The notes below the pieces were generated by a model. The model saw nothing but the letters and a program-made list of their open reading frames with translations. It was not told where the DNA came from and ran no database searches. From Eledone cirrhosa (taxonomy: Eukaryota), in contig OZ024741.1 of the NCBI GenBank assembly GCA_964016885.1, positions 239,382,001 through 239,446,000 on the forward strand: a stretch of 64,000 nucleotides of DNA, given 5' to 3'. A program made the position numbers and the translations under genes. Positions within the stretch are counted from its first letter, which is position 1; the number at the start of each line of letters is the position of its first letter. Below are positions 42,849 to 57,102 of this stretch, piece by piece.

Positions 42849-45200
42849 CTTTGTGGATTTCTGAAGAGATCTGTTCATTGTTGATGTCTTCCAGTCTTCA
42901 GGATAGTAATGGCTTCTAGACTGACTATATCTGTCTGATATCTCTCCTCGATTACCTGACATCACAGATACACTGGTGTTACCTTGATAGATCAACTGTC
43001 TCATCTCATTACGACATTGGTATGCCTGTTTCTCTTCTGTTGTTCTAGCTGAGTTATTTCTCACATTGTTACATCTCACAATACACAATGTTATAGAAAC
43101 CACAATAGCTATAGATACTATCACAGCTGCTACTACAATGATAATCAACAATGTTGCATCTATTGTGTTATCAGTTGGTACATGGACAGCTGTGAACATT
43201 GGTGATGTCTTGTTACTAACAGTCAGTGTTAAAGAGACACTAGTTGTTGCTGACAGAACTGGAGTACCACTGTCTTTCACAACAAACTCCAGTTGATATG
43301 ATCCGGCATCATTTTGGTAAACTGTACGAGAGTAAGATAAGACACCAGTAAATGAGTCCAGTTTAAATAATTGTCTCTCATTACCTGAAAGGATTTCATA
43401 CCTGAGAAAAGCATTCATGTGACTATCTATATCAGAGGCTTTCAGAAGTGTGATGTCATTCTTACTTTTTGGATGATAGTGGACATCAAGAGTGAAAGGG
43501 TCAACACTAGGAAATGTAAAATATGGAACATTATCATTTTTATCTAATACTTCCACTTCAACATTTACTGTGTTATTTAGAGATGGTGTTCCATTGTCTT
43601 TGACTAAAACCTCAAAGTCATAGAAATCTCTGTGTTCTCTGTCTAGAGATTGGTTTGTTGAAATAAAGCCAGAGTTGATAATCTGGAATGGTAGACGATA
43701 TTGGTGTTTATTTCTCAGATAATAACTTAATTCACCTCCCTTACCAACATCTGGGTCTGTAGCATTGATAAAACCAATAGGGAAATTAGCTTTGTCATTC
43801 TCATAGGTAAGGAACTTGAATGTATCTTTGGTAAAGTGTGGTTTTACATCATTCACATCTAACACTTGTATTGAGAGATCTTTATCAGTTTTGAGAGGAG
43901 GTAATCCTTTATCTTGACAAGAGACAGTGAAGTGATAATGTTCCTGTGTCTCTCTGTCTACTGCTTTCTTTAGAACTATTTTATATTCCTTAGATCCCAT
44001 TGACTGTAGTTTGAATGTATCATGTTTGATATTACAGCTGACTTCTCCATTATGTCCACCATCATTGTCAGTGACCATCACATAAGCAATGAAACTACCA
44101 ACTTTGATATCTTCCAGAATGGTAGCTGTGTTGTGATTTGGTGTAGAAATAAAGTTGACATCAATATTTGGAGGATTGTTGAGTTGGTTGATAACATTTA
44201 TCATAACAATTGCTATGGAACTAAGAGGAGGAATTCCATTATCTTTGGCCTTCACATACAATTTATATGATTGTTTTTTATCCAGATTTAAAGGATTCTC
44301 TAAATATATTCTCCCACTACTTTCATTTAAATGAAAATAATTTCTCATTTTCACCTCTGTTTTCTGACTAAAATAGAAAGATATTTTACCATTCCTGCCA
44401 ATATCTAAATCATTGGCAGATAATGTCACTACTGGAATATTCTTTTTATGTAAATGTTCTATAGAGACATTGTAGATACTTTTGGAAAATTCTGGTTTAT
44501 TATCATTTTCATCTTTTACAGATATTTTAACATTTAAAATACTTTGCTTTGCTGGAGTTCCTCCATCTTTAGCAATGACTTCAATATTGTAGCTGTCTTT
44601 CTTTTCTCTGTCTAATTTATCTTCTAAAATAATTTCTAATGTTGATATTCCATCTGCTTCTTTGGAAACACTCAATAAAAAATGTCTCTCATTATCCTGT
44701 AATTCATATTTAATTAAACTGTTTTGATATCCCACATCTTTGTCCACAGCATTGGGTATTGATAGTTTTGATCCTCTGCTGTCTCTCTCTGAAAACTGAA
44801 TATTTACTTGTTCAGTTGGAAACTCAGGCTGGTGGTCATTGATGTCTTCTATTATGACTTTAATTTTTAATATCTTCATAAATGTCTTGGATTTGTGAAC
44901 AGCAACTTTAATTATTTCAAAACATTCTTTCTCATAACTACACACAGACTCAGCATCTAATGTCTGAACAGTGTACAGTTTACCTGTTTTTGTCACATTG
45001 AACAATTGTTCTCCCTTTTGTTGTAGTTGACTAAATGTAATTAAATCCTTATTTTTTAAGAAGGAGCTATCTGATGTCTGTAAGTCAGTAGCAATGTCCC
45101 CTACATAGGTATAGGGATTTCTCTCTTCTTTAACATGGTATGTGATATCTTCACTTAGATAACAGTGGAAGAAAGTCAGTAAAATACACAGAAATAACAT
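42849..45200 (-). CDS. Pcdh: Protocadherin D, large exon (784 codons)
   Basis: 6 EC + TM ORF; donor AAG|GTAAAC; acceptor at 45257. Confidence 0.96.
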
Positions 45201-46274
45201 CTCTGCTTCTGATGTTAATGCAGTATCCAGGGAAAGGTAAGCTTCAAAAATTCAATCTGAAACAAACAATTATTACTATATTAATAAAAAATAAATATTG
45301 TTTCCTTAAAAAAATGCTCAATAAAACATCAAAATATTTGTTTCAGCAGTCATGTATTGTGATATTTAATATGATGTAAAAATAATCTTTCTATATTTTA
45401 CTGAGCCACAGGAACAATAGAATATTGTTCTGTTTTAGCACTGATTTACATCCATTTAGTCTGGTTGTACAAGTCTACAAGTCAGTACTGAAGTGGGGCT
45501 ACTGACATCCCAGGTAGGCCGAAGAGGTCTGTATCCCACTTATAAAAGGTCATTATTGAGTGCAGAGGAGAAGTTGACGTGCCTTTTGACAAAAAACAGA
45601 AAGATCCTCCTAACCTCTTGTTCGGAAAGCTTTCTATGGCTGAAAGCCCTACCTAACACCAACCACTTTACAGCATCTACTGGGTGCTTTTATTATGTAG
45701 TTCACCAACACTAGGGAGGATGTCATGTCCTTGAGATAACTAAAGCGTCTTCTCAATCCTTTGTTTGGCAAGCTTTCTATGGCTGGATGCCCTTCCTATC
45801 ATCAACCACTTTACAGCGTGTACTGGGTGCATTTATCATGTAGAACACCAACACAAGAGTGGTTGCTGTATCTTTGCCACAACTCAAGGATCCTCGCAAC
45901 CCTTTTAGGCATGGTTTCTACAAGGTGTCCTTCCTTTCGGCAACCACTCATACGGAGTACACCGGATACATTTAAATATTTACATTCTGGTTTATTAATT
46001 CAAACCTTTAGTAACTATAACCAGTCTTAATATGACTTTCAGATAAAAGCAACATCTATTTATGATAAACACTTTGGAGTAAATGGAGTAAAACTTGTAC
46101 TTAAGGAATATCACTTTAACTACACCTGAAGATGAGACAGCAATATTATGAGCAATACTGTAGCGAAATTATATCAGATATAAATCCATTTCTGCAGAAT
46201 ATATAATTAAACAACACTATATATTATATTTTTATGTGAAAATAAAGTTTTTTTGAATTACATTATATATGATA

Positions 46275-46289
46275 TTTGAATTATCTCCC
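46275..46289 (-). promoter_or_regulatory. Conserved upstream motif (gene D copy)
   Basis: TTTGAATTATCTCCC on the plus strand. Confidence 0.6.
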
Positions 46290-47335
46290 TTCGACATACT
46301 AACTACACAGAAATTAGTTTATAATGCTAAGATGTACGTAATTATAATATATGTGCTGCAATATCTTGTGTAGATGGAGTGAATATCACAACTAAACTCT
46401 TAAAGCAACAATAGTAAAACTGGATAACTATATACTTTAAATTTTTGAAGAATAAATTCATATTAAACAGCAATGATAAATTCAGATATATCTTCTAAAT
46501 AGATCAACATATCCTATGTTAAATATTTTATATTCAATAAGTCTTTTCCAATAATCAGGATATACCATTTTGTCAACCCAACTACCTCAGATTAAGTTAT
46601 TTTAACAACTTGGATATCTCTTTGAATAAAAGGAATTCTTGCAAGCTATATCATTCATTACTTCACTTAATACATAAGTAGCTAGCTAACAGTTGAAAAA
46701 AGTCTTCTATAAATTAGATATTCATAACATTAAATTGTTGCAGAATTTAGCAGGATACGTTAGATTTAACATTTGCAAGAGAATATCATATAATTTGTTT
46801 TAAATATCAAAATAAAATAATATGAAGCCACTTAATGTGGGATAGCTTATAATAAATAAATATTTAGATAATTTATATTTGTATCTACAGTTTAAAATAG
46901 AAATAACATTATGCAAATTTTAAAACAATTTACCAACAAATTTCATTATAACATATTCTGAAATATGAATCAAATATTTAGTGACAATTCCCCTAAGACT
47001 AGACTATTTTTGTTATTTAGGCTTATATAAAGTCTTATGTAGGAGATCTATGATGAAACTCCAGATTTGAGTGAATACATAGAAGGCCAAATTTATTACA
47101 TCAATATTTTCCATAAAGACATCAGGTCACAGATTTCTCATTTTTTACTGAATCAAGATATTTCAGTATGAATGGAAATTCTTGAAATATCTACTAAATA
47201 TAATTCATGAAAATAAAATAAGAAAACATATTTCAACATTAAATTATAACTCAATAGAATTATGTATAAACAAAAATTACTGTACCTTTACAGTTTATAT
47301 GTGTATACAGTTATATGTGTATACATACATATATA

Positions 47336-47491
47336 TAGAAGAGGTAACTCAACAGTTAGTTCACCATACCGAGAACAATTGTTTCACCTTAGCGGATCCT
47401 CAGCTCGTAAAAAGGTTTACAAGCTGAGGATCCGCTAAGGTGAAAGAATTGTTCTCGGTATGGTGAACTAACTGTTGTGTTACCTCTTCTA
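47336..47491. repeat. Near-perfect 156-bp palindrome/hairpin
   Basis: Arms of ~76 bp with about three mismatches, 4-nt loop, set in (TA)n. Confidence 0.9.
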
Positions 47492-47561
47492 CCTAACTCA
47501 TCCCATGGACTGAGTGCTCTACCAGTACAGATATTACCTTCCAGTGTTCTACCCCTCCCCC

Positions 47562-47611
<50 letters not shown>

Positions 47612-48891
47612 CCACAAAACCATAATGAAAATACCAATAAGATATTAATTAAATTTAATTAATATCTTAACAATATTTATGTATAACCTGAATTACTATA
47701 TTTCAATGATATTCTAGTTCAATATTTAGTATGTACTAAGACCCTACAATGTCTAACTGAATAATTCAGTGAAAATATATAATGATGATTTATGTTAAAA
47801 TGTAATAAACAAGATAAATATTGTAAATACATCAAAGATGGCAGCAAATATTTTCAGAAGTATATTATATAAAACTACAATTAAACATATATTCCTCTTT
47901 CTCTATCACTGTTTCTTACAAAATACTTGATAGCCATGTTGGTAAAGAAGACATTCAATGGGAACTAACACACATCTAATATGGCCACCATTACATTATA
48001 TTTTGATGTTATAATATAGCTATATATGAAATTATTATTTTACATGAATGGATGAATAATATGGAATAATAAACTTACTTTCATTGTGTCAAATCCTTTG
48101 TCATAAACTGTGAGTTGGTCCAAAAGTTCTGTTAATGGTTGTCTGTGTCACTGCTGCTATGATGTGACAATGGCTTCATGTTGATGGAATAGTGTTGGTA
48201 GTGAGTCAGTGGGAACCAGCAGTTCCTCTCAGTCTTTGGTGTATGTGTGATGTTTACTGAGTGTGAGTGTGCGTGTGAGAAAGAGAGGTGAGGGAGGGTA
48301 ATGCTTACTCCAGCCTCACTCAGACTAGATGTGTTTCCCCTCACAGAGAAGAGGGAGAGAGAAGACACAATATCAGCTCCACTAACAGTCAGCCATAATA
48401 TGTCTATATAATACTAACATGTCTGATGTAGAGAGACTGGCATAGAAATACTTAGACATTAATAGCATCAGCCATATTTTGTTAATATAACCTCTATTTT
48501 CTATGTAATATAAAATGTATTTAAAATATAAACAATAATAGTTAGTTTAAAATTAGGTCAAACACATACTAACTCTCCCACTCAGGGTATATTTAGGAAA
48601 ATCTACAGATGTTATGTTACCTCACATCATTATCACAGTTTTGTCCATTTTTACATGTTAAATAATTTTCCTCAAATATAAAATTTACAATATATTGTAC
48701 TTATTATTTATTAATATAATTCAATTTATATTTTCAAGTATCAAGTGTAAATTTATCTATTATTATTGTAGAAAATTCCCTATTATTATATTTACCTTAA
48801 TATTATCCACAAGCTAATATACATTTGTAGTTTTAATAGTTATGTGAATGTTGAAGGTGATATTTCTTTTGTGTTAACTTCTCAGTCTGAC

Positions 48892-49010
48892 TTAACTGGC
48901 AACAACATCTGGTGTTGAAGGTAACTGTCTCTCTGGAGGTTTCACATATCTGTCTTGGTAATGGTCTCTCTCATTGTTGCTTGACACATCAGGTGAGACA
49001 CCATAGATTC
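48892..49010 (-). CDS. Pcdh: Protocadherin E, last coding exon
   Basis: Paralogous 119-nt coding segment ending DVVAS*. Confidence 0.85.
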
Positions 49011-49241
49011 CTGAAACAAGTACATCAACACAACTTATGACATACTTCACATAGACAATAGGTATTTACTGACAGTTATCAATCATTTGTCTACTACATT
49101 CATTGGTGTAACATAAAATAACAATCATGAAAAATATTTTGATTGACCAATAAATCCCAAATATTCTTCAAAATCAATCACATCAGTAGGATAAATTCTG
49201 ATAATGTAACATAATAAACATTAGAACTGAAATTGTTTTAC

Positions 49242-49392
49242 CTGACATTGCTGGTATTTCTTCATACTGTCTACTTGACCTTTCACTCCAGCACTGTCCA
49301 CTACTCTTACGACTGGTCAATGTATCAGTGGGATAGTTAGAAGATGGTCTGTTGTCTCCATAAGATGTCACCTCTATAGGTTGACTGTATTT
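49242..49392 (-). CDS. Pcdh: Protocadherin E, cytoplasmic exon 2
   Basis: 151-nt paralogous exon; CACCAG acceptor. Confidence 0.88.
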
Positions 49393-49921
49393 CTGGTGTA
49401 AAGTAAAGTTAAAATATAAAGTGTATAAAGATATGTTTTACTATGTACCTAAAAAAATAACATTCTAGATATTGATGTGTATATATATACTGTTGAATTA
49501 TTGGACCATTATGTACAAAATTATTGATTATATAGATCATTTTTATCTGAATACAATCTATCATACCATCAAAAATGTAACTAGTACATGTTAGTCAAAA
49601 CCTGACATAATCATCACAGTTTTAATGTCAATACACTCTTAAAATGAAGAGAATCATGCACTACAACATATGATTTAGATCTTTCATTCACTTTGTGGAG
49701 GCCTTGTAAGAGATTCATTTAAAAGCAAGTAACTTAGAACAAACAAGTAGCAGTAAATCTTGGATTATCACACAGAATACATTTTCATCTGCACATGATA
49801 ATGCTAATATTTCACCAAGATATTCTATGCTAGAAACTGTGAGATCTAAAATATTCAGATATATAATTCTTATTTAAAGATTATTTACTAACAGATAGAA
49901 AATATAAATAATAGACTTTAC

Positions 49922-52267
49922 CTTTGTGGATTTCTGAAGAGATCTGTTCATTGTTGATGTCTTCCAGTCTTCAGGATAGTAATGACTTCTAGACTGACTA
50001 TATCTGTCTGATATCTCTCCTCGATTACCTGACATCACAGATACACTGTTGTTACCTTGATAGATCAACTGTCTCATCTCATTACGACATTGGTATGCCT
50101 GTTTCTCTTCTGTTGTTCTAGCTGAGTTATTTCTCACATTGTTACATCTCACAATACACAATGTTATAGAAACCACAATAGCAATAGATACTATCACAGC
50201 TGCTACTACAATGATAATCAACAATGTTGCATCTATTGTGTTATCAGTTGGTACATGGACAGCTGTGAACATTGGTGATGTCTTGTTACTAACAGTCAGT
50301 GTTAAAGAGACACTAGTTGTTGCTGACAGAACTGGAGTACCACTGTCTTTCACAACAAACTCCAGTTGATATGATCCAGCATCATTTTGATAAACTGTGC
50401 GAGAGTAAGATAAGACACCAGTGAATGAGTCCAGTTTAAATAATTGTCTCTCATTACCTGAAAGGATTTCATACCTGAGAAAAGCATTCATGTGACTGTC
50501 TATATCAGAGGCTTTCAGAAGTGTGATGTCATTCTTACTTTGTGGATGATAGTGGACATCAAGAGTGAAAGGGTCAACACTAGGAAATGTAAAATATGGA
50601 GCATTATCATTTTTATCTAATACTTCCACTTCAACATTCACTGTGTTATTTAGAGATGGTGTTCCATTGTCTTTGATAAAAACCTCAAAGTCATAGAAAT
50701 CTCTGTGTTCTCTGTCTAAAGACTGGTTTGTTGAAATAAAGCCAGAGTTGATAATCTGGAATGGTAGACGATATTGGTGTTTATTTCTCAGATAATAACT
50801 TAATTCACCTCCCTTACCAACATCTGGGTCTGTAGCATTGATAAAACCAATAGGGAAATTAGCTTTGTCATTCTCATAGGTAAGGAACTTGAATGTATCT
50901 TTAGTAAAGTGTGGTTTTACATCATTCACATCTAACACTTGTATTGATAGATCTTTATCAGTTTTGAGAGGAGGTAGTCCTTTATCTTGACAGGAGACAG
51001 TAAAGTGATAATGTTCCTGTGTCTCTCTGTCTACTGCTTTCTTTAGAACTATTTTATATTCCTTAGATCCCATTGACTGTAGTTTGAATGTATCATGTTT
51101 GATATCACAGCTGACCTCTCCATTGTCTCCAACATCATTGTCAGTGACCATCACATAAGCAATGAAACTACCAACTTTGATATCTTCCAGAATGGTAGCT
51201 GTGTTGTGATTCTCTGTAGAAATATAGTTGACATCAATATTTGGAGGATTGTTCTGTTCACTGATAACATTTATCTGAATTATTGCAAGGGAACTGAGAG
51301 GAGAACTGCCATCATCTTTGGCTTCCACATATAATTTAAATTTCTGATTTTTTCCAATTTCTAATGATTTTTTCAAGTATAATTTTCCAGTAATTTCATT
51401 CAAACGAAAATAATTTCTTGACTTTACATCAGTTTTCTGACTGAAATAGAAATATATTTTACCATTCCTACCAATATCTAAATCATTGGCAGATAATGTC
51501 ACTATTGGAATATTCTTTTTATGGTCATGTTCCATAGAAACATTATAGATAGTCTGGGTAAATTGTGGTGTGTTATCATTTTCATCCTCTACTGATATTT
51601 TAACATTTAAAATACTTTGTTTTGGTGGAGTTCCTGCATCTTTAGCAATGACTTCAATGTTGTAACTGTCTTTTTTTTCTCTGTCTAATTTCTTTTCTAA
51701 AATGATACCTAATGTTGATATTTCATCAGCTAATTTTGATTGAGATAAGGAAAAATGTTCATTTTTTAATTCATATTTAATTAAGCTGTTTTGGTATCCC
51801 ACATCTTTGTCTACAGCATTAGGTATGGCCTTCTTCATACCTCTACCATCTCCTTCCCTAAAATTTAGAGTGATGTCTTTCTGAGGAAACTCAGGTTGGT
51901 GGTCATTGATGTCTTCTATTATGACTTTAATTTTTAATATCTTCATAAATGTCTTGGATTTGTGAACAGCAACTTTAATTATTTCAAAACATTCTTTCTC
52001 ATAACTACACACAGACTCAGCATCCAATGTCTGAACAGTGTACAGTTTACCTGTTTTTGTCACATTGAACAATTGTTCTCCCTTTTGTTGTAGTTGACTA
52101 AATGTAATTAAATCCTTATTTTTTAAGAAGGAGCTATCTGATGTCTGTAAGTCAGTAGCAATGTCCCCTACATAGGTATAGGGATTTCTCTCTTCTTTAA
52201 CATGGTATGTGATATCTTCACTTAGATAACAGTGGAAGAAAGTCAGTAAAATACACAGAAATAACAT
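49922..52267 (-). CDS. Pcdh: Protocadherin E, large exon (782 codons, 2-aa deletion in EC2)
   Basis: 6 EC + TM ORF; donor AAG|GTAAAG; acceptor at 52324. Confidence 0.96.
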
Positions 52268-52788
52268 CTCTGCTTCTGATGTTAATGCAGTATCCAGGGA
52301 AAGGTAAGCTTCAAAAATTCAATCTGAAACAAACAATTATTACTATATTAATAAAAAATAAATATTGTTTCCTTAAAAAAATGCTCAATAAAACATCAAA
52401 ATATTTGTTTCAGCAGTCATGTATTGTGATATTTAATATGATGTAAAAATAATCTTTCTATATTTTACTGAGCCACAGGAACAATAGAATATTGTTCTGT
52501 TTTAGCACTGATTTACATCCATTTAGTCTGGTTGTACAAGTCTACAAGTCAGTACTGAAGTGGGGCTACTGACATCCCAGGTAGGCCGAAGAGGTCTGTA
52601 TCCCACTTATAAAAGGTCATTATTGAGTGCAGAGGAGAAGTTGGCGTGCCTTTTGACACAAACAGAAAGATCCTCGTAACCTCTTGTTTGGAAAGCTTTC
52701 TATGGCTGAAAGTCCTTCCTAACACCAACCACTTTACAGCATGTACTGAGTGCTTTTATTATGTAGTTTACCAACGCTAGGGAGGATG

Positions 52789-52971
52789 TCATGTCCTTGA
52801 GATAGCGATGTCCCCTACATAGGTATAGGGGCTCATCTCTTCTTTAACATGGTATGTGATATGTTCACTTAGATAACAGTGGAATAAAGTCTGTAAAATA
52901 CACAGAAATAACATCTCCGGTCTTGATGTTAATACAGTATCCTGGAGAAATTACAGCTTCAAATATTTAAT
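52789..52971 (-). pseudogene. Stranded Pcdh 5' fragment (acceptor, 5' UTR, ATG, 37 Pcdh codons, then ISRT*)
   Basis: MLFLCILQTLFHCYLSEHITYHVKEEMSPYTYVGDIA from ATG 52914; intact TTTCAG acceptor at 52972; TGA at 52789-52791. Confidence 0.9.
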
Positions 52972-53255
52972 CTGAAACAGAAACAATTTCAATATATTAA
53001 TGGTGTCTGATATGTTAAGTCTTGTCTTCCATTTTTTTTCTCATGAAAACAACAGTGCGCAAAATGATATCTAAATGAAATCCAATTAAGTTTATGTGAA
53101 TGTGTGTGCTGAAACAGTTAATGGCTATTAAGGCAGAGACATGATGACAATCAAAACACCTGCACTGTTTATCTTTCACTTTAGTTTTATTATTTATCTG
53201 GTAATTATTCAATCACTCAGTTGATTAATATTAAAATATAGTCATAATAAGAAGC

Positions 53256-53270
53256 TTTGAGTTATCTCTC
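53256..53270 (-). promoter_or_regulatory. Conserved upstream motif, variant (gene E copy)
   Basis: TTTGAGTTATCTCTC, 13/15 match to the other five. Confidence 0.5.
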
Positions 53271-53302
53271 TTGAACATGAAGTAATTTCAGATATTACAC
53301 CA

Positions 53303-53800
53303 TCTATATATATAAAACTGAGGATGTCTGTCTGTGTGTGTGTGTGAATCCCTAAAACTCGAGAATCACCCAACCGACTGTTTTCAAACTTTACACATGT
53401 AATACTTATGTTTCAGGGAGTGTTCTGAGCAAAGAAAATTCAAATTTTCAATGCCCTAGGGACCGCATTAGGCGATTTAGCGATCTCTCTCTATAATTCT
53501 TAGTCTTTCTCTTTTTAGATAGATAGATACATACATATAACGTCGCGCCCTTATAATATCTGTCTGTATGTCTGGCTGTCTGCATTACGTCACTTCCCTG
53601 AGGATGTCTGTCTGTGTGTGTGTGTGTGAGTTTGAATCCCTAAAACTCGAAAATTACCCAACCCATTTTTTTCAAACTTTACATGTGCATTACTTATGTT
53701 TCAGGGAGTATTATGCACATAAAAAAATGCAACATTTTCATCTAGGGCCCACATTAGGTGAAAAACTGCGTTTTTTAAGCTTTTTGAGGCGTTACGTCAG
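53303..53800 (+). mobile_element. Non-autonomous Helitron-like repeat, two tandem ~150-bp units
   Basis: Starts TCTATATATATAAAA; duplicated CTGAGGATGTCTGTC(TG)nAATCCCTAAAACTCGA..TTTTCAAACTTT unit. Confidence 0.5.
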
Positions 53801-54347
53801 ACCGATTTCCTTGAAATTGTAACTATGTATTAGTCAGTCTCTTCTTCATGCAATGCCAATGTGCGTGAACCACCAAACATAGACGAGTTGAGAAAGAAAC
53901 TGGGTATAAGAGGGATAAGTTGTGGTGTGTAGGAGAGAAGGCTGAGATGGTATGGACATGTGATGCGCAAGGAGGATGACCGCTGGGTAAAGAAGTGCCA
54001 AGAAATCCCAGTAGAAGGAAGATGCAGTAGAAGTAGACCACGAAAAACATGGGCGGAGGTGGTGAGAGCAGACCTCAGAAACTCACCAAGGAGATGTCGA
54101 AGGACTGTGACAAGTGGAGAGATGCTGTGCTGAATAGGACCCTTCCAACCATTGCAAGCAGGGAAAAGCGGACGTAAAATGATGATGATGATGATGATGA
54201 TGATGTCACCTTAAAAACAAATTATTTAGACTGCATTTACTACATTATTCTCCTATTTGTTATATCAGCAGCTTAAGCCTTTTTCTTTTTGTTTATTTAT
54301 GTAAAGTATTTATCAAATTATAATTAAAACATGAAACAAGAAATCAG

Positions 54348-54378
<31 letters not shown>

Positions 54379-55084
54379 TTACAGGACTTCACTACAATAA
54401 ACTGTGACAGTATTAATCTGAATACATTAAAATTAACATTTTACAACAGACAGAATATTTCTAGCAAACCACAATTAGTACATAAATATTGTTCATGCAG
54501 GATTAAGGCTACAGATTCATTATATCTCATCTTCCTAAATGTTACTAAAATTTATAACTGGAAATTATATAAAATATCATGGATATATTTGGCCTGTTAT
54601 CTAAAATGAATTAATGATTGTATATTTAAAACACTAAAGATATGTAAATTTGTCTATATAATTTCAATCAAATCAATAAGACATTATAATATGAAGCTAT
54701 AGTCATCAATACACAGAAATAAAGACGTTTTCTTATAGAATTATGTAGAAAAAAATTATAATTTATTTGAGTGTCTTATATTATTAACATTAAACCTACG
54801 TTACTGTATATATGTCAATGGTATTCTTGTTCAATATTTAGTCTATAATAAGACCATAAAATATCTGACTGAATAATTCAGTAAAAATATATAACATGTA
54901 ATGTTAAAATATAATTAAGATAAATATTGTAAATACATCAAAGATGACAGCAAATATTTTCAGAAGTATGTTATATAAAACTACAATTCAACATATATTC
55001 CTCTCTCACTGTTTCTTACAAAATACTTGATAGCCATGTTGGTAAAGTAGACATACAATGAAAACTAACACAGATCTAATAAGG

Positions 55085-55237
55085 CCTCCATGCTTCCCGA
55101 GATCCGCCAACACTACAGCTAACACATACAAACATGTACTTCCCTGGCATTTGTGTATTATTCTATGTACTATATTGACGAGTTGTAGTGCACCTGAGCA
55201 CTTTACACAATAATTTCATTATTATTATTATTATTAT
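55085..55237 (+). mobile_element. Short CR1 3'-end insertion in the conserved 3' block of gene F
   Basis: Matches the 3' end of the CR1 at 7405-7590 (GAGTTGTAGTGCACCTGAGCACT, (ATT)n); absent from the five other copies of the block. Confidence 0.85.
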
Positions 55238-56116
55238 AATATTATATTTTGATGTTATAATATGGCGATATATGAAGTTATTTTACGTGACTGGATAAAT
55301 AATATAGAATAATAAAACTTACATTCATTGTGTAAAATCCTTTGTTATAAACTGTGAGTTCGTCCCAATGTTCTGTTGTTAATGGTTGTCTGTGTCACTG
55401 CTGCTATGGTGTGACAATGGCTTCATGTTGATGGAATAGTGTTGGTAGTGAGTCAGTGGGAACCAGCAGTTCCTCTCAGTCTTCTGTGTATGTGTGATGT
55501 TTACTGAGTGTGAGTGTATGAGAGAGAGAGGTGGGGGAGGGTGATGCTTACTCCAGCCTCACTCAGATTAGATGTGTTTCCCCTCACAGAGAAAAGGGAG
55601 AGAGAGAGAGAAGATGCAATATCAGCTCCACTAACAGTCAGCCATAATATGTCTATATAATACCAACATGTCTGATGTAGAGAGACTGACATAGAAATAC
55701 TTAGAAGAGAGAGGTTATATTAACAAAATGTGGCTGATGTTGTTCATGTGTTTAATATAAAATGTAAATAAAATATTGACAATAATACTTAGTGTGTGTC
55801 TGACCTAATTATAAACTAACTATTCTATTCAGGATATATTTTTTCTAATTAACAGATATTGTAACCCATGTAAAATATATTTTCTCAGTAAAATTTCAAA
55901 TATCGTGTATATATAATTTATTAGCAGGGAGAAATGTATGTTAGTTGATAATGATGATAATTCTGTTCATATTTTCAAATTAAAATTGTATTTCCTAAAG
56001 ATATTTTATTAATGTAGACATTCCCATAATATTATCAACTAATATATTATGGTAGTTTAAAATATTGTGTGAATGTTGAAGGTGATATTTCTGTTGTGTT
56101 AACTTCTCAGTCTGAC

Positions 56117-56235
56117 TTAACTGGCAACAACATCTGGTGTTGAAGGTAACTGTCTCTCTGGAGGTTTCACATATCTGTCTTGGTAATGGTCTCTCTCATT
56201 GTTGCTGGATACATCAGGTGGGACACCATAGATTC
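56117..56235 (-). CDS. Pcdh: Protocadherin F, last coding exon
   Basis: Paralogous 119-nt coding segment ending DVVAS*. Confidence 0.85.
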
Positions 56236-57102
56236 CTGAAACAAGTACATCAACTCAACTTACTACATAGATCACAGACAGACAATAGATATTTACTGAC
56301 ATTAGTTATCAATCTTTGGTCAACTGCATACACTGGACTAAGATATAAAATAATCATTAAAGAAGTATTTTATCAATCCTTAGAAATCATCATCAGATGA
56401 GGCTAATAATTGTTTCTACTTTTGGCACAAGGCCAGCAATTATCCCAGTGTATTACTGGTACCCTGTAAGGATGAAAGGCAAAATTAACGTCGGCGAGAT
56501 GTGAACGCAGACCATAAAGGGCCGTAACTCTTTGCTGCAAAGCATGGCGTCCGACCTTCTACCAATACTGCCAATCCATGTATCTGTATGATATATACAT
56601 CATCAGATTAATGTATGTTTTTTCATGCTGTCATTAGTGGGATGAGTGCAGACAAAATTCTACAGGCAGATGCCCTTCTTGATAGTGAACCCATCACGTT
56701 TTTTAAGTAGAGTACAATTCTTTGCACATCTAAGCGCTGTTCAACTAGAGCTTTCTATAGATGGAACGTGAACAAATATCACCATAAGCGACAAGTCCAA
56801 AAAATGAGAAGAAACAAACATATTCACACTCTAAAAATGATATATATATATATATATATATATATAGGCTTCTCTATGTTTCTGTCTACTAAATTCATTC
56901 ATAAGGCATTGCTTGATCTGAGGCTATAGTAGAAGACATTTCCATAATGTGCAGTGGGATAGAATCTAACAGCAAATGGTTAACAGCTAATTTGTGATAA
57001 CATTGATAAATAAAGAAATATTAAAGAATTAATGACAACGTTTCTTAATAACTGATATTGGACATTATTTAATGAATGAATGCATGAATGAAATTGTTTT
57101 AC

